From Bryobacteraceae bacterium (GTDB lineage: Bacteria; Acidobacteriota; Terriglobia; Bryobacterales; Bryobacteraceae), in assembly GCA_019752335.1 (NCBI GenBank), contig JAIEMJ010000030.1, positions 86,597 through 150,596 of the forward strand: a DNA stretch of 64,000 nt, read 5' to 3'. The notes beneath the pieces are model-generated. The model was not told the origin of the DNA. It ran no database searches and was given only the letters and a program-made list of their open reading frames with translations. The translations under genes and the position numbers were made by a program. Every line of letters begins with the position of its first letter. Positions within the stretch are counted from its first letter, which is position 1. Below are positions 20,301-29,020 of the stretch, one piece after another.

Positions 20301-21252
20301 TCGTTGGCAAATTGGCGGTGGATCTAGTGGCGGCGGTCTGGACGCAGGCTTGCCTCCCGAGCCTTCTTTTGCTTTCCGCCGTGTGCAAGATGGATCGCTA
20401 GAGTTGGCCGCCATAGGGTTTCCAACTTTCACCAACACGCGCACCATCTCTGGTGGAACGCTCACGCTCTATGCCTGGAACGAGCTAAGGTCTCCATCGA
20501 CTCAGTTACTCGCAACCGGAATCGATGCCGTGACCACCTCGGTTACGGTAAGTAACCCAAGGCCAACGGCTGCCGTCGTTGGTGACTTAGTCCAGCTCGG
20601 CGCGGAAATTCTTCGTATTACAGCGATCTCACCCGACGGCCTCACTTACTCGGTTGACCGCGCCGTCTACGACTCCACCGCGGAGACTTATGGCCCCGGA
20701 ACGCCGCTTTACTACCTCGACAAAAATGTCTTCGTGATTCCGTTCGTCAGGGACTTCTTCGGCAGCCCGGCCAGCGGCCGGTATAGCCAGCAGGTTTACT
20801 GGCCGAACGTACGCGCCGCCGCCGCTGATCTTACCGTCACGAACATTTACGGCCCCTCGCCGACGGCATCCATGAACCTGACCAGTACCACGGCGCTTGG
20901 CCTGCGCACGCTATCGGGAGGCCAACTGACACTACAGTACGACGGCCCGCTCGCCATCGGTTCGAGCGTTACGCCGATCTTGCTGGTAGAGCGGCAACAA
21001 GCCATCGGTGAGATTTTCGCGGTGGTGGCTGATGCGCCCACGGGCGGCCCGGTGGTCGTTCGCGTCATGCGCAATGGCCTGGCTTACGCGGAGGTAACCA
21101 TCAATGCCGGCATGACGCAGTCGAACACGGCCAGCGGGTTCGGGTTGCCTCCTCTCGAAGCCGACGAGCGCCTGACGATTGACATCGTCAATGTGCCCTC
21201 TTCCGCGGCCGGAACTCCGGGCCGCGACTTGACGGTGATCCTGACGCGCTAA
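17356..21252 (+). CDS. Phage host-specificity / central tail fibre protein, lambda gpJ-like
   Basis: 1298 aa. Contains NPAWIMLDLLRRSGWAMRELDISSFAKVAAHCDAPV followed by PRYETNLVLRRRRSAAEILRGL, which matches the conserved gpJ/GTA-g15 core (NMAWCLWDMLTHPRYGMG...CDQSVPDG...PRITCNAYL). Confidence 0.75.
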   Translation: MPTALELKDQQTPETPILLFDCRLANGSTERWSTHQLTFEGNAYAARVLEHSSFDMKAEDDGISRVGLLMANADSYFSQLERSAGLKGANLDVRLVFWNLSSSLPASTPVMLFRGLGNAPEETTESTMRLSFVNRLSPQRILLPSVRIQKRCPWRFPSTPSERGEAPSGLDEGKYSPFFRCGYSPDQPGGAGNLDANGAPFTTCDFTRTACEQRGMFSKDASHRQTRRFGGIEFVPASILVRGAGEQNSRVSNLLDNEARYNDFVPMIHGTAWYQPPMVFARNDGNLTRMEILLGMGEMQGVIKVVVNDIEIPLGVDGQNMTATGWYNVVSLGNRTGGFNLNFTDTSGGPLGDPYGSMAFASVVVPNRIADGKRLPTVKVLVNGIKVSRFDEESNYLDDAFTANPAWIMLDLLRRSGWAMRELDISSFAKVAAHCDAPVATSDLHGTSVTVPRYETNLVLRRRRSAAEILRGLRNAAALYLTFGPEGKLQLKLESKIAVSQPAKPAGSNSSEPLFGGWPAYEFSESSILRRENGSAAFRLSSRANSDSPNRFTLEFQDAFNEFQQDSLSIVDVDDAERTGQDMAASINALGIPQFDQAARIIRLNLDKSLRGNLYAEFETSIKALGLRPGDLITITYAKEGFDRQLFRVQRIQPQANFTKAVITAQLHDENWYLQPGFPGSASRFSGTAGLGVPRPLVGTELDSDGLPRFGVTEIVTGDEVGLRVSFRPPAKPQDSGASRPLLGLTPDIESTGGTLAGRQSYYYAVSALDAAGAESRLSFIVRATIAALTNTNRVRLTNLSFSPGSSGFVVYRGTTPQQLLRIAKVTSLAIDFVDTGLTPELVPPPDENYQEARFYWRLELYPEIVANQFTPTTIGNSTIALTADSFTGSVVRITRGRGAGQERTIQANSTTALAVSPAWSVVPDATSYFVVAEAGWKLGAISPTSPAEFPIPNRGGTTLQIAGRSANANGQESAPELSPLTRWQIGGGSSGGGLDAGLPPEPSFAFRRVQDGSLELAAIGFPTFTNTRTISGGTLTLYAWNELRSPSTQLLATGIDAVTTSVTVSNPRPTAAVVGDLVQLGAEILRITAISPDGLTYSVDRAVYDSTAETYGPGTPLYYLDKNVFVIPFVRDFFGSPASGRYSQQVYWPNVRAAAADLTVTNIYGPSPTASMNLTSTTALGLRTLSGGQLTLQYDGPLAIGSSVTPILLVERQQAIGEIFAVVADAPTGGPVVVRVMRNGLAYAEVTINAGMTQSNTASGFGLPPLEADERLTIDIVNVPSSAAGTPGRDLTVILTR

Positions 21253-21287
21253 CAAAGATGCTCTAATTGAGGTGAAAGGAAATCCCG

Positions 21288-21773
21288 ATGGAAGTCGAAA
21301 TGAAAATTCGCACACTGATGATGGATCCCGTCACCCAAATGCCCATCGTGATCCTACGCGATGTAGCCGGTGAGACGATCCTCCCGATTTGGGTGGGCGT
21401 TTACGAGGCCAACGCCATTGCGCTGGAGATTGAAAAAGTCTCCACGCCGCGGCCGATGACCCACGACCTAATCAAAACGATCGTTACTGGCCTAGACGTA
21501 ACGGTACAAAAGGTAGTGGTGAACGAACTGCGCGACGACACCTTCTACGCGCTGATTTGGATGGACAAAGGCGGCCAATCCGTTTCGGTCGACGCCCGGC
21601 CCAGCGACGCGCTGGCCTTAGCTCTCCGGCTCGATTGCCCCATCTTTGTCGACGATCAGGTCCTGAAGACCTCGAAAATGGCGACTACGGCCAGTGACAA
21701 GAATAATAACGAAGAGCTTCGCCGTTGGCTCGAGCAACTGAACGACGAAGACTTCGGCCGCTACAAAATGTAG
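21288..21773 (+). CDS. Bifunctional nuclease (BFN, DUF151) domain protein
   Basis: Family pattern: ...QMPIVILRDVAGETILPIWVGVYEANAIALEI...RPMTHDL...TFYALIWMDKGGQSVSVDARPSDALALALR... The start lies 35 nt after the gpJ-like stop, co-oriented, with an AAAGGA RBS. Confidence 0.7.
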   Translation: MEVEMKIRTLMMDPVTQMPIVILRDVAGETILPIWVGVYEANAIALEIEKVSTPRPMTHDLIKTIVTGLDVTVQKVVVNELRDDTFYALIWMDKGGQSVSVDARPSDALALALRLDCPIFVDDQVLKTSKMATTASDKNNNEELRRWLEQLNDEDFGRYKM

Positions 21774-21780
21774 GCGCGCT

Positions 21781-22053
21781 TTGGAAGAACGTCTCGCCAA
21801 CTTCGGCATCGAAGTCGTTCCCGCCGGCTTGGCCAATCACTTAGTCCTATCGCGCGACGGCTTCGTGTGTCTGCTGGAGCGTTCGGGCCGCCTGGGCTCC
21901 GTCTGCAAGCTCACGGCTACTGGTTTCGCGGTCATCCAATGGGACGGCGACCAGGCCTTTTTCGTCGCCAAAGGCGAGCGCCAAGCCGCCTCGCCCGAAG
22001 AAATCGTCGCCTGCCGGGCTTTCGCTCGTGATCTTCAGCAAGCTTTAGGCTAA
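21781..22053 (+). CDS. Hypothetical small protein
   Basis: 90-aa ORF between the BFN gene and udk with a non-ATG start in the track. No recognised motif. Confidence 0.3.
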   Translation: MEERLANFGIEVVPAGLANHLVLSRDGFVCLLERSGRLGSVCKLTATGFAVIQWDGDQAFFVAKGERQAASPEEIVACRAFARDLQQALG

Positions 22054-22062
22054 GATAGCAAG

Positions 22063-22689
22063 TTGCCGCCTTACCTGATCGCGATTGCCGGACCCTCCGG
22101 CGCGGGCAAAAGCTACCTCGCCCACCACCTCGCCGCAGCCCTACCCGCCGAGGCCGCCGTCCTGTCCCTCGACTCTTACTACCGCGAGTTGACCAGCCTC
22201 AGCTACGACGAACGCTGTCTCTTCAATTTCGACCACCCCAGTTCCCTGGACCAACCCCTGCTGCTGCAACAACTGCGCGACGTCGCCGCCGGCAAGACTA
22301 TTGAGCGCCCCATTTATCAGTTCGAAACTCACTCCCGCGCGCCCCACACCGAGCGATTCGCCCCCCCGCCCTTCGTGATTCTGGAAGGCATCTTCGCGCT
22401 GTATTTCCCCGAAATCCGCGACCTCGCCCAACTCAAAGTCTTCGTCGAAACCCCCGACGGCCTCTGCTTCGACCGCCGGCTCCGCCGCGACACCACGGAG
22501 CGCGAACGCACCGCCGAATCCGTCACCCGCCAATACGACGAGACGGTACGCCCCATGGCCGCCGAGTATGTCTGGCCCACGGCCGCCTTCGCTGACCTCG
22601 TCATTCCAGGCAATCAGCCCATCGCCGAGTCTCTCCGCCAAGTGCTGGCCGCGATGCCCCAAATGGCTACGGCCGCGGGCAAAGATTGA
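22063..22689 (+). CDS. udk: Uridine kinase
   Basis: P-loop IAIAGPSGAGKSYLA at the N-terminus and uridine kinase/PRK family core (FDHPSSLD, VILEGIFALY). Confidence 0.85.
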   Translation: MPPYLIAIAGPSGAGKSYLAHHLAAALPAEAAVLSLDSYYRELTSLSYDERCLFNFDHPSSLDQPLLLQQLRDVAAGKTIERPIYQFETHSRAPHTERFAPPPFVILEGIFALYFPEIRDLAQLKVFVETPDGLCFDRRLRRDTTERERTAESVTRQYDETVRPMAAEYVWPTAAFADLVIPGNQPIAESLRQVLAAMPQMATAAGKD

Positions 22690-24154
22690 TCTGCTGCAGC
22701 CAGCCGTCGCCGAAGCCCTTGATGCCGGTCTGATAAGCGCTGCCACTAATCGCCAACCCCGCCGGGCTCGACGTGAAGCCGCTCACCGTGATCTCGCAAG
22801 CGCTCGTCAGGGTGACGCTGGCCAAGGTATCCTGGCCGGCGCCTCCCAGGTAAGTCGTGTACGACAACGCCGTGCCCACAGGCGCATTCGGCAAGATCCG
22901 TGCGACAAAGCCGTCGAACACGCCGCCGCTGCTCCGCTGGAAGGACTCGCCGCGCAGCGGAAAATCAGTCGACAGCGTATAACCGACCACATAAACCTCG
23001 TTCTGCGCATTCACCGCGACTGATTGCGCCACGTCGCCGCCCGAGCCGCCCAACAACGTCGAATACAGAATCGGCTCCGCCACCGCCGGATCCAGCCGCA
23101 CGCGCATCACAAACGCGTCGCCGCGGCCCGCCGCCGACGCCTGCGCTGACCCCGATGTCGTCGGAAAGTCCGAGGACAAAGAATAGCCCGCCACCACCGC
23201 CGCGCCCGTCGCATCTAGCGCAATCGCCGTCGGCACGTCATTGTCTGACCCGCCCCACAGCGTCGAATAAATCGTGGCGCTCTGCGCCGGATTGATTCTC
23301 ACCAGGAACAAGTCCGAGACGCCGCGAAACGCGCGCTGCGGCGCATTCGGACTCACTGGAAACCCCGCCGACGCCGTGTAGCCCGCCACATAAATCAAGC
23401 CCTGCGCATCCGCCGTCACCGCCGTCGCCGCATCGGCCAATTCGCCGCCCAGGCGCGTCGAGTACACCAGGGTATCGGGCGCGCTGCCCCGGTTCATATC
23501 GAGCACCGCCACCCACGCGTCCCAGTTCCCCACCTGCGCCGCTTGAAAGGCATTGGCCGACGTGGGAAACGTCTCGGAATTCGTATAGCCCGCCGCGTAC
23601 ACCAGGCCATTGCGCACCGTCAGCGAGTTGCAACCGTCGGCCCGGGAGCCGCCGAGGTAAGTGGAATACACCAGCCCCGAGTCGCCGCCCACGCGCGGAT
23701 CCAGCTTCAGCACAAACGCGTCGCGATCCCCGCCGCGCACGCCCTGAAACGCCGCGCCCGCCAGCGGAAAATTCGAAGACGCCGTTACACCGCACACATA
23801 GACGAAGTCGCCATCCACCGCCAACGCCGTCGGTTCATCCGCGCCATCGCCACCGATGTAAGTCGCGTAGGTCAACGCCTCATCGCCCGTCCGTCGCGGA
23901 TCAATGCGCGCCAGAAAGATCTCGCGTCCGCCGCCTGAAGTATTGCGGTACGCATCGCCCGCCACCGGGAAAGTATCCGAACTCGTGTACCCGGTTAACC
24001 AGATATTGCCGCGGCTATCCACGGCCGACGCCACCACCGTGTCAAACAGATCGGTCCCCAGATAGGAGCCGTAACGAACCTGGCTCTGCGCCAGGGCGCA
24101 CGCCGCGCTGGCCACCAAAATCAAAACGTTTTTCAGCATGAGATCTCCCACCAT
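22667..24154 (-). CDS. Secreted SBBP (beta-propeller) repeat protein
   Basis: Signal peptide plus at least six repeats of the ...YSTYLGG...D...A(V/I)A.D..GN.YV.GYT.S.DFP... unit diagnostic of the SBBP repeat common in Acidobacteria. Confidence 0.8.
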   Translation of the reverse strand: MVGDLMLKNVLILVASAACALAQSQVRYGSYLGTDLFDTVVASAVDSRGNIWLTGYTSSDTFPVAGDAYRNTSGGGREIFLARIDPRRTGDEALTYATYIGGDGADEPTALAVDGDFVYVCGVTASSNFPLAGAAFQGVRGGDRDAFVLKLDPRVGGDSGLVYSTYLGGSRADGCNSLTVRNGLVYAAGYTNSETFPTSANAFQAAQVGNWDAWVAVLDMNRGSAPDTLVYSTRLGGELADAATAVTADAQGLIYVAGYTASAGFPVSPNAPQRAFRGVSDLFLVRINPAQSATIYSTLWGGSDNDVPTAIALDATGAAVVAGYSLSSDFPTTSGSAQASAAGRGDAFVMRVRLDPAVAEPILYSTLLGGSGGDVAQSVAVNAQNEVYVVGYTLSTDFPLRGESFQRSSGGVFDGFVARILPNAPVGTALSYTTYLGGAGQDTLASVTLTSACEITVSGFTSSPAGLAISGSAYQTGIKGFGDGWLQQINLCPRP

Positions 24155-24155
24155 T

Positions 24156-25376
24156 CTAGCGGGGCGAGATCATGGAAAGCGAGTCCAGCGGACCGTCCGT
24201 GCGGGGGAAGCGCGTCGCGTAGGCCTCTAAGTACTTGAGCCCAGCGCCCGTGTTGTAAATCACGATCTTTTCAGACGGCTTCAAAAAGCCCGAATTTAAC
24301 AATTGTTGACAAGCCGCGACGCACGCCGCGCCCTCCGGCGCCACGAACATGCCTTCTTGTTTCGCCAGTTCGATGCCCCAATCGAGCGACGCTTCGTCCG
24401 TCACCGCGATCGCCGTCCCCTGGCTCTGCCGTACCGCTTGCAGCACCAAAAAGTCGCCCAGCGGCTTCGGCACGCGCAGCCCGCTCGACACCGTCGACGC
24501 ATTCTCCCAGAACTCGCTGCGCTCCGTGCCCTGCTCAAACGCCCGTACAATCGGCTGGCAACCCGTCGCCTGCACCGCGATCATCTTCGGCCGGCGTGAC
24601 CCGATCCAGCCCATCTGCTCCATCTCATCAAACGCCTTCCACATCCCGATCATGCCCACGCCGCCGCCCGTCGGATAGAAGATCACGTCCGGCAGCGTCC
24701 AGCCCATTTGCTCGGCCAACTCATAGCCCATGGTCTTCTTGCCTTCGATCCGGTAGGGCTCCTTCAGCGTACTAACCTCGAACCAGCCCTCGGCCGCCTT
24801 CCGCTCGGCGACAATGCGACCGCAATCGCTAATCAGCCCGTTCACCAGCGTCACGTGCGCGCCGAAGCTCATGCATTCGATGTAGTTTGCCTGTGGCACA
24901 TCGCGCGGCATGAAGATGTGCGCCTCCATCCCGGCCGCCGCCGCGTAGGCCGCCATCGCGCTCGCGGCGTTGCCCGCCGAAGGAATGGCCACTTTCTTCA
25001 CGCCGAGTTCCTTACACATGGAGATGGCGCAAGAGAGTCCGCGCGCCTTGAAGCTGCCCGTGGGATTCACCCCTTCGTCCTTCACCCACAGGTTCTCGCA
25101 GCCCAGCGTCTGCGCCAGCCGCGGAGTCCGCACCAACGGCGACCAGCCTTCGCCCAACGACACAATATTGGCCGGATTCTTCACCGGCAACACCGGCGCA
25201 TAACGCCACATGCTCCGCGGACCATCCGCAATCCACTCCCGGTTCCAACTCTCCCGCGCCTTCGGCAAGTCATAGCGCACCAGCAGCGGCCAGCCCTCCG
25301 CGCTCAGGTTGTGCAGCTTCCCCGCCTCATAGCGGGTCCCCGTGTAGGAGCAGGCTAAATGGTCAACAATCGTCAT
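24156..25376 (-). CDS. thrC: Threonine synthase-like PLP-dependent enzyme
   Basis: Fold-type II PLP motif GSFKARG and a threonine synthase-like layout. The start is set at ATG 25376 (MTIVDHLACS); the track ORF runs to 25583 with an unlikely Arg/Ala-rich N-terminus. Confidence 0.7.
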   Translation of the reverse strand: MTIVDHLACSYTGTRYEAGKLHNLSAEGWPLLVRYDLPKARESWNREWIADGPRSMWRYAPVLPVKNPANIVSLGEGWSPLVRTPRLAQTLGCENLWVKDEGVNPTGSFKARGLSCAISMCKELGVKKVAIPSAGNAASAMAAYAAAAGMEAHIFMPRDVPQANYIECMSFGAHVTLVNGLISDCGRIVAERKAAEGWFEVSTLKEPYRIEGKKTMGYELAEQMGWTLPDVIFYPTGGGVGMIGMWKAFDEMEQMGWIGSRRPKMIAVQATGCQPIVRAFEQGTERSEFWENASTVSSGLRVPKPLGDFLVLQAVRQSQGTAIAVTDEASLDWGIELAKQEGMFVAPEGAACVAACQQLLNSGFLKPSEKIVIYNTGAGLKYLEAYATRFPRTDGPLDSLSMISPR

Positions 25377-25428
25377 CAGGTCTCCAGAATACACGGTCTC
25401 CGGTATATACTCATTCCCAAACGCCACC

Positions 25429-26610
25429 GTGCCGCATCTCGAATCTACCTGGACCCACAGCCTCACCCGTCGCGACGCCGCCCGCGCCCTCGCCGCCTTC
25501 GCCGCCGGCTCCCCCCTCGCCCTCGCCCAGCAGGACCCCTTCCGCGACCACTCCCGCGTCCCCGCTATCGACGAACTCCTCAACGCCTTCGACTTCGAGG
25601 CCGTCGCCTACGCCAAGCTCCCCCGCCAAGCCTACGACTACACCGCCTACGGCACCGACGGCGAATTCACCATGCGCCGCAACCGCGAAGCCTTCTCCTG
25701 GGTCGACCTGACGCCCTGCGTCCAGTCCATCGCTAAGCCCGACACCGCGCTCACCCTCTTCGGTAAGCCGCACGCCTTCCCCATTCTGCTTTCGCCCACC
25801 GCCGGCCACCTCCAGTTGCATCCCGCCGCCGAAGCCGCCACCCACCAGGGCGCCACCGCCGCCCGCACCACTATGATCGTCAGCAATGTCGCCAGTTTGC
25901 CCATCAACGAAATTGCCGCCGCCGCGCCCGGTCCGCTCTGGTTTCAGTTCTATCCCCGCGAGGACCTCACCGCCGCCCGCGACACCCTCGACCGTGCCCA
26001 AGCCGCCGGCTGCCAGGCCATTGTCGTCACCGTCGATCAGCAAGCGCCTGTCTTTGAACGCGACCTCCACGGCCGCCATCTCGGCCCCATCGCGCGACGC
26101 CTGCCCGCGCGCCAACCCGCCGCGGCGAATCCCTACCGCATCTCGGATCGTCGCCTCTGGTATAGCTGGAAGTACCTTGACCAGATTCGCGAGATGGTGA
26201 AAGTCCCCATGCTCGCCAAAGGCATTCTCACCGCCGAGGATGCCCGCCTCTGCCTGGAGCATGGCCTGGATGGAGTCTACGTCTCGAACCACGGTGGCCG
26301 CTCCCTGGACTACGCGCCCGCCACGCTCGAAGTCCTCCCCGAAATCGTTGACGCCGTGGCCGGCCGTGTCCCCGTCATCTTCGATAGCGGCATCCGCCGC
26401 GGGACGGACGTCCTCAAGGCTCTTGCCCTCGGCGCTACCGCCGTCTGTCTGGGCCGCGTGCCGCGTTGGGGGCTGGGCGCTTATGGCGCCCCCGGCGTGC
26501 AGCGCGTCGTCGAAATCCTCCAAGCTGAATTCGTTCAAGCCATGGCCGCCGCGGGCCGGCCCAACCTGGCGGCGCTTAATCGCACGCTCGTCCGGACGGA
26601 CTTCCCATGA
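25429..26610 (+). CDS. FMN-dependent alpha-hydroxy acid dehydrogenase/oxidase (glycolate oxidase/LldD family) with Tat-like signal
   Basis: N-terminal RRDAARALAAFAAGSPLALA. FMN-dehydrogenase core including SNHGGR and RRGTDVLKALALGA motifs. Confidence 0.8.
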   Translation: MPHLESTWTHSLTRRDAARALAAFAAGSPLALAQQDPFRDHSRVPAIDELLNAFDFEAVAYAKLPRQAYDYTAYGTDGEFTMRRNREAFSWVDLTPCVQSIAKPDTALTLFGKPHAFPILLSPTAGHLQLHPAAEAATHQGATAARTTMIVSNVASLPINEIAAAAPGPLWFQFYPREDLTAARDTLDRAQAAGCQAIVVTVDQQAPVFERDLHGRHLGPIARRLPARQPAAANPYRISDRRLWYSWKYLDQIREMVKVPMLAKGILTAEDARLCLEHGLDGVYVSNHGGRSLDYAPATLEVLPEIVDAVAGRVPVIFDSGIRRGTDVLKALALGATAVCLGRVPRWGLGAYGAPGVQRVVEILQAEFVQAMAAAGRPNLAALNRTLVRTDFP

Positions 26611-27488
26611 GCCAACTCCGGACCAGCGAAGCCCCCGGCCGCATCACCCCCGTCGACGAATACGTCAACACGCTGGAAGTGGAGGCGATGGCCCAGCGGA
26701 AACTCGCGCCGGAGCTCTTCGCCCAAATCGCCGGCAGCCAGCGCGACGCCTTTGAGCGCATCACCTTCCGCCCGCGCATGCTCATCGACACCACCAAGCT
26801 CGACCTCTCGCTCGACCTGCTGGGCCACCGCCATTTCGCTCCCATTCTCATCGGCCCCGTGGCCCAGGCCCAGCGCTTCCACCCCGACGGCGAGCTCGCC
26901 CTCGCCCGCGGCGCGCTCGCCGCCAAAGCCGTTCCGATTCTCACTCAGACGCCTGACCCCATCGCCACGCCCCTCTGGCTCCAAGTCAGCGATCCCGGCA
27001 AGATTCCGCCCGGCGCCCAAGCCCTCTGCCTCGCCGCGCCCTTCACCTGGGAGACCGTCGATCAGATCCGCCAAGCCACCCGCGTTCCGCTCATCCTGAA
27101 AGGCATCACCACGCCGCAGGACGCCCAACTGGCCATCCGGCACGGCGCGAGCGCCATCGTTGTCTCCGCCTACCGGCCCGGCGCGCCCCCAGCCCCCAAC
27201 GTCCTGGGACTCCTGCCGGAAATCGCCAAGCAGGTCGCGGGCCAAGTCCCCATCCTAATCGACGGCAACTTCCGCCGCGGCAGCGACATCATCAAGGCTT
27301 TGGCGCTCGGCGCCCGCGCCGTCCTCATCGCCCGCCCCGCCCTCTGGGGCCTCGCCACGCACGGCGACAAAGGCGTGCAAAAGGTCGTCGAAATGCTGCA
27401 AAGCGAAGTCGCCCGCGACATGGCCATGCTCGGCGTAGCCAACCTCAGCCAGCTTACCCCCGCCTATCTTCGGCTTCACCATCATTGA
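26607..27488 (+). CDS. FMN-dependent alpha-hydroxy acid dehydrogenase paralog (shorter, no signal peptide)
   Basis: Same family motifs as the upstream gene (RRGSDIIKALALGA, GITTPQDAQLAIRHGA). The start overlaps the upstream stop as ATGA. 293 aa versus 393 aa. Confidence 0.7.
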   Translation: MSQLRTSEAPGRITPVDEYVNTLEVEAMAQRKLAPELFAQIAGSQRDAFERITFRPRMLIDTTKLDLSLDLLGHRHFAPILIGPVAQAQRFHPDGELALARGALAAKAVPILTQTPDPIATPLWLQVSDPGKIPPGAQALCLAAPFTWETVDQIRQATRVPLILKGITTPQDAQLAIRHGASAIVVSAYRPGAPPAPNVLGLLPEIAKQVAGQVPILIDGNFRRGSDIIKALALGARAVLIARPALWGLATHGDKGVQKVVEMLQSEVARDMAMLGVANLSQLTPAYLRLHHH

Positions 27489-27543
27489 AGCCGCTAACCC
27501 CTTTCCAGAGCCAGCTCCCAAGTGTCTCGCGGCCTTTCCGGGG

Positions 27544-28425
27544 TCAGTTAGCGTGCGCGGTCCACTGGGCCAGGTAGCGCTTCGCGCCTTGGATCCCCTC
27601 GAACTCAGTCAGCCGGTTGCCTTCGTACTCGATGCCGACGTAGCCGCGATAGCCGGCCGCCTCGACGATGCCCATCATTTTGTCCATGTCGATGGTGGTC
27701 TCGCGGCCGGCGGCGTCGAAGTCGAAGCACTTGAAGCTGACGCCCTTGGCGTGGGGCATGAGTTGCTTTACGGCGTCGTAACGGTCGATTTCCTTGGGGA
27801 AATTGCCGAAATCGGGCAGGGTGCCGAAGTTGGGCGCGTTCACCTTCTTCATCAGGCTCACCACCACCTCGGGCTGCGACGACACGCCGCCGTGGTTTTC
27901 AATGATGACGTTGAGGTTGGCCTTGCGGGCGTAGGCGCAGAGGTCAGTAAAGCTTTCGGCGCAACGGTCAACGAAAGCCGCCACTTCGGCGGCGCCCTCC
28001 GGCTGTTTGGGGCCGGGGTACATGTTGGTGCGGATGGAGTGGCCGCCGAGTTCGGCGGTGATGTCCACCCACTTATAGTGGTTCACGGCGGCAGCCAGGC
28101 GCACGGGCTTCTCGGGATGGCCCATGAAGCCCTCGCCGTCGCACATGATCAGCACGCACTTGGTACCGGTGGAGACCTGCGACGCCTTCAGGCGGCGCAC
28201 ATAGTCCGAGGTGGGCGCTTGCCAGAGCTGGTTGACGTATTCCAGTCCTTCAATGCCGAACTGCTCGCGGGCGATGCGCGGGAAGTCCAGATTCGTGATC
28301 AGGCGCGACTGGATGGCCTTGTGCAACGACCATTGGGCCAGCGAGAGCTTGAACTTTTTCTCGGGACCTTGGGCGAATAAGAGACCGGGCAAGGCCAACA
28401 GGGAGCGTCTTTCCATAGACGCCAT
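27544..28425 (-). CDS. Sugar phosphate isomerase/epimerase (xylose isomerase-like TIM barrel) with Tat signal
   Basis: N-terminal MERRSLLALPGLLFAQG. AP-endonuclease-2/xylose-isomerase-like TIM barrel pattern with conserved E/D/H/E ligand spacing. Confidence 0.7.
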   Translation of the reverse strand: MASMERRSLLALPGLLFAQGPEKKFKLSLAQWSLHKAIQSRLITNLDFPRIAREQFGIEGLEYVNQLWQAPTSDYVRRLKASQVSTGTKCVLIMCDGEGFMGHPEKPVRLAAAVNHYKWVDITAELGGHSIRTNMYPGPKQPEGAAEVAAFVDRCAESFTDLCAYARKANLNVIIENHGGVSSQPEVVVSLMKKVNAPNFGTLPDFGNFPKEIDRYDAVKQLMPHAKGVSFKCFDFDAAGRETTIDMDKMMGIVEAAGYRGYVGIEYEGNRLTEFEGIQGAKRYLAQWTAHAN

Positions 28426-29020
28426 TGTAGGCGATTCCGCCCGGTTTGGGCATACGTATCAGCCTGAGTCCGAGTCGCTCCTTCAAAACTGCTCCTGGGC
28501 CAGACCGTTGATACACTGAGGCTTACTAATGCGAAATAGGTTCAATCGGATGCGGAAGGCCCCCCGATTCGGCTTGGGGAGCAATTTTCTAGCAAGATGG
28601 CTATCGTCAGAAGGGTGGAACGGGCGAAGTGCTCTCAGCAGTGAGTTCCCAAGCTGGGAAAGCGTTTTCCCGCACGCCGGATTGCGTTCTTGCCTATCAG
28701 TTGCTAGTCGGCCGTTAACTCGCACGGCGGTTGCATGCGGTTCTTCTTAGCGTGATCCTTTTTGCCCAACAGGCCGCACACCAATCTGCGGACACCTGTG
28801 CCGTTGATCGGGTGCAATTGGCTTAAACGACCTGAGAAATAGTTTTTGCTTAAGTGGTTTGGGCGTTATTCCGCCAAGTTGTTCGAAACGTCCCAATTCG
28901 CCGTTCTAGCTCTTCGGGTGGTCCTTCGGGGCGCCCGAAGCCAGGCCATTCTGCGATTGGCTGGTCATCCAATCCCAGCATCCGGCTCGGTGCCCAGGAG
29001 ACCGACATGCACGTCTTACA

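Larger units (their letters stand above)
7535..21252 (+). mobile_element. Phage-derived head-tail structural gene cluster, GTA-like or cryptic prophage remnant, about 13.7 kb
   Basis: Fourteen to fifteen co-directional genes in canonical siphovirus order from terminase to gpJ-like fibre. No integrase, repressor, replication or lysis genes. Flanked directly by the housekeeping genes ribBA and udk. Confidence 0.75.

Noticed and set aside
24156-25583. Longer 475-aa version of the thrC-like gene
   Set aside because: The extra 69 N-terminal residues are Arg/Ala-rich and would overlap the divergent promoter region. The internal ATG at 25376 matches homolog N-termini.
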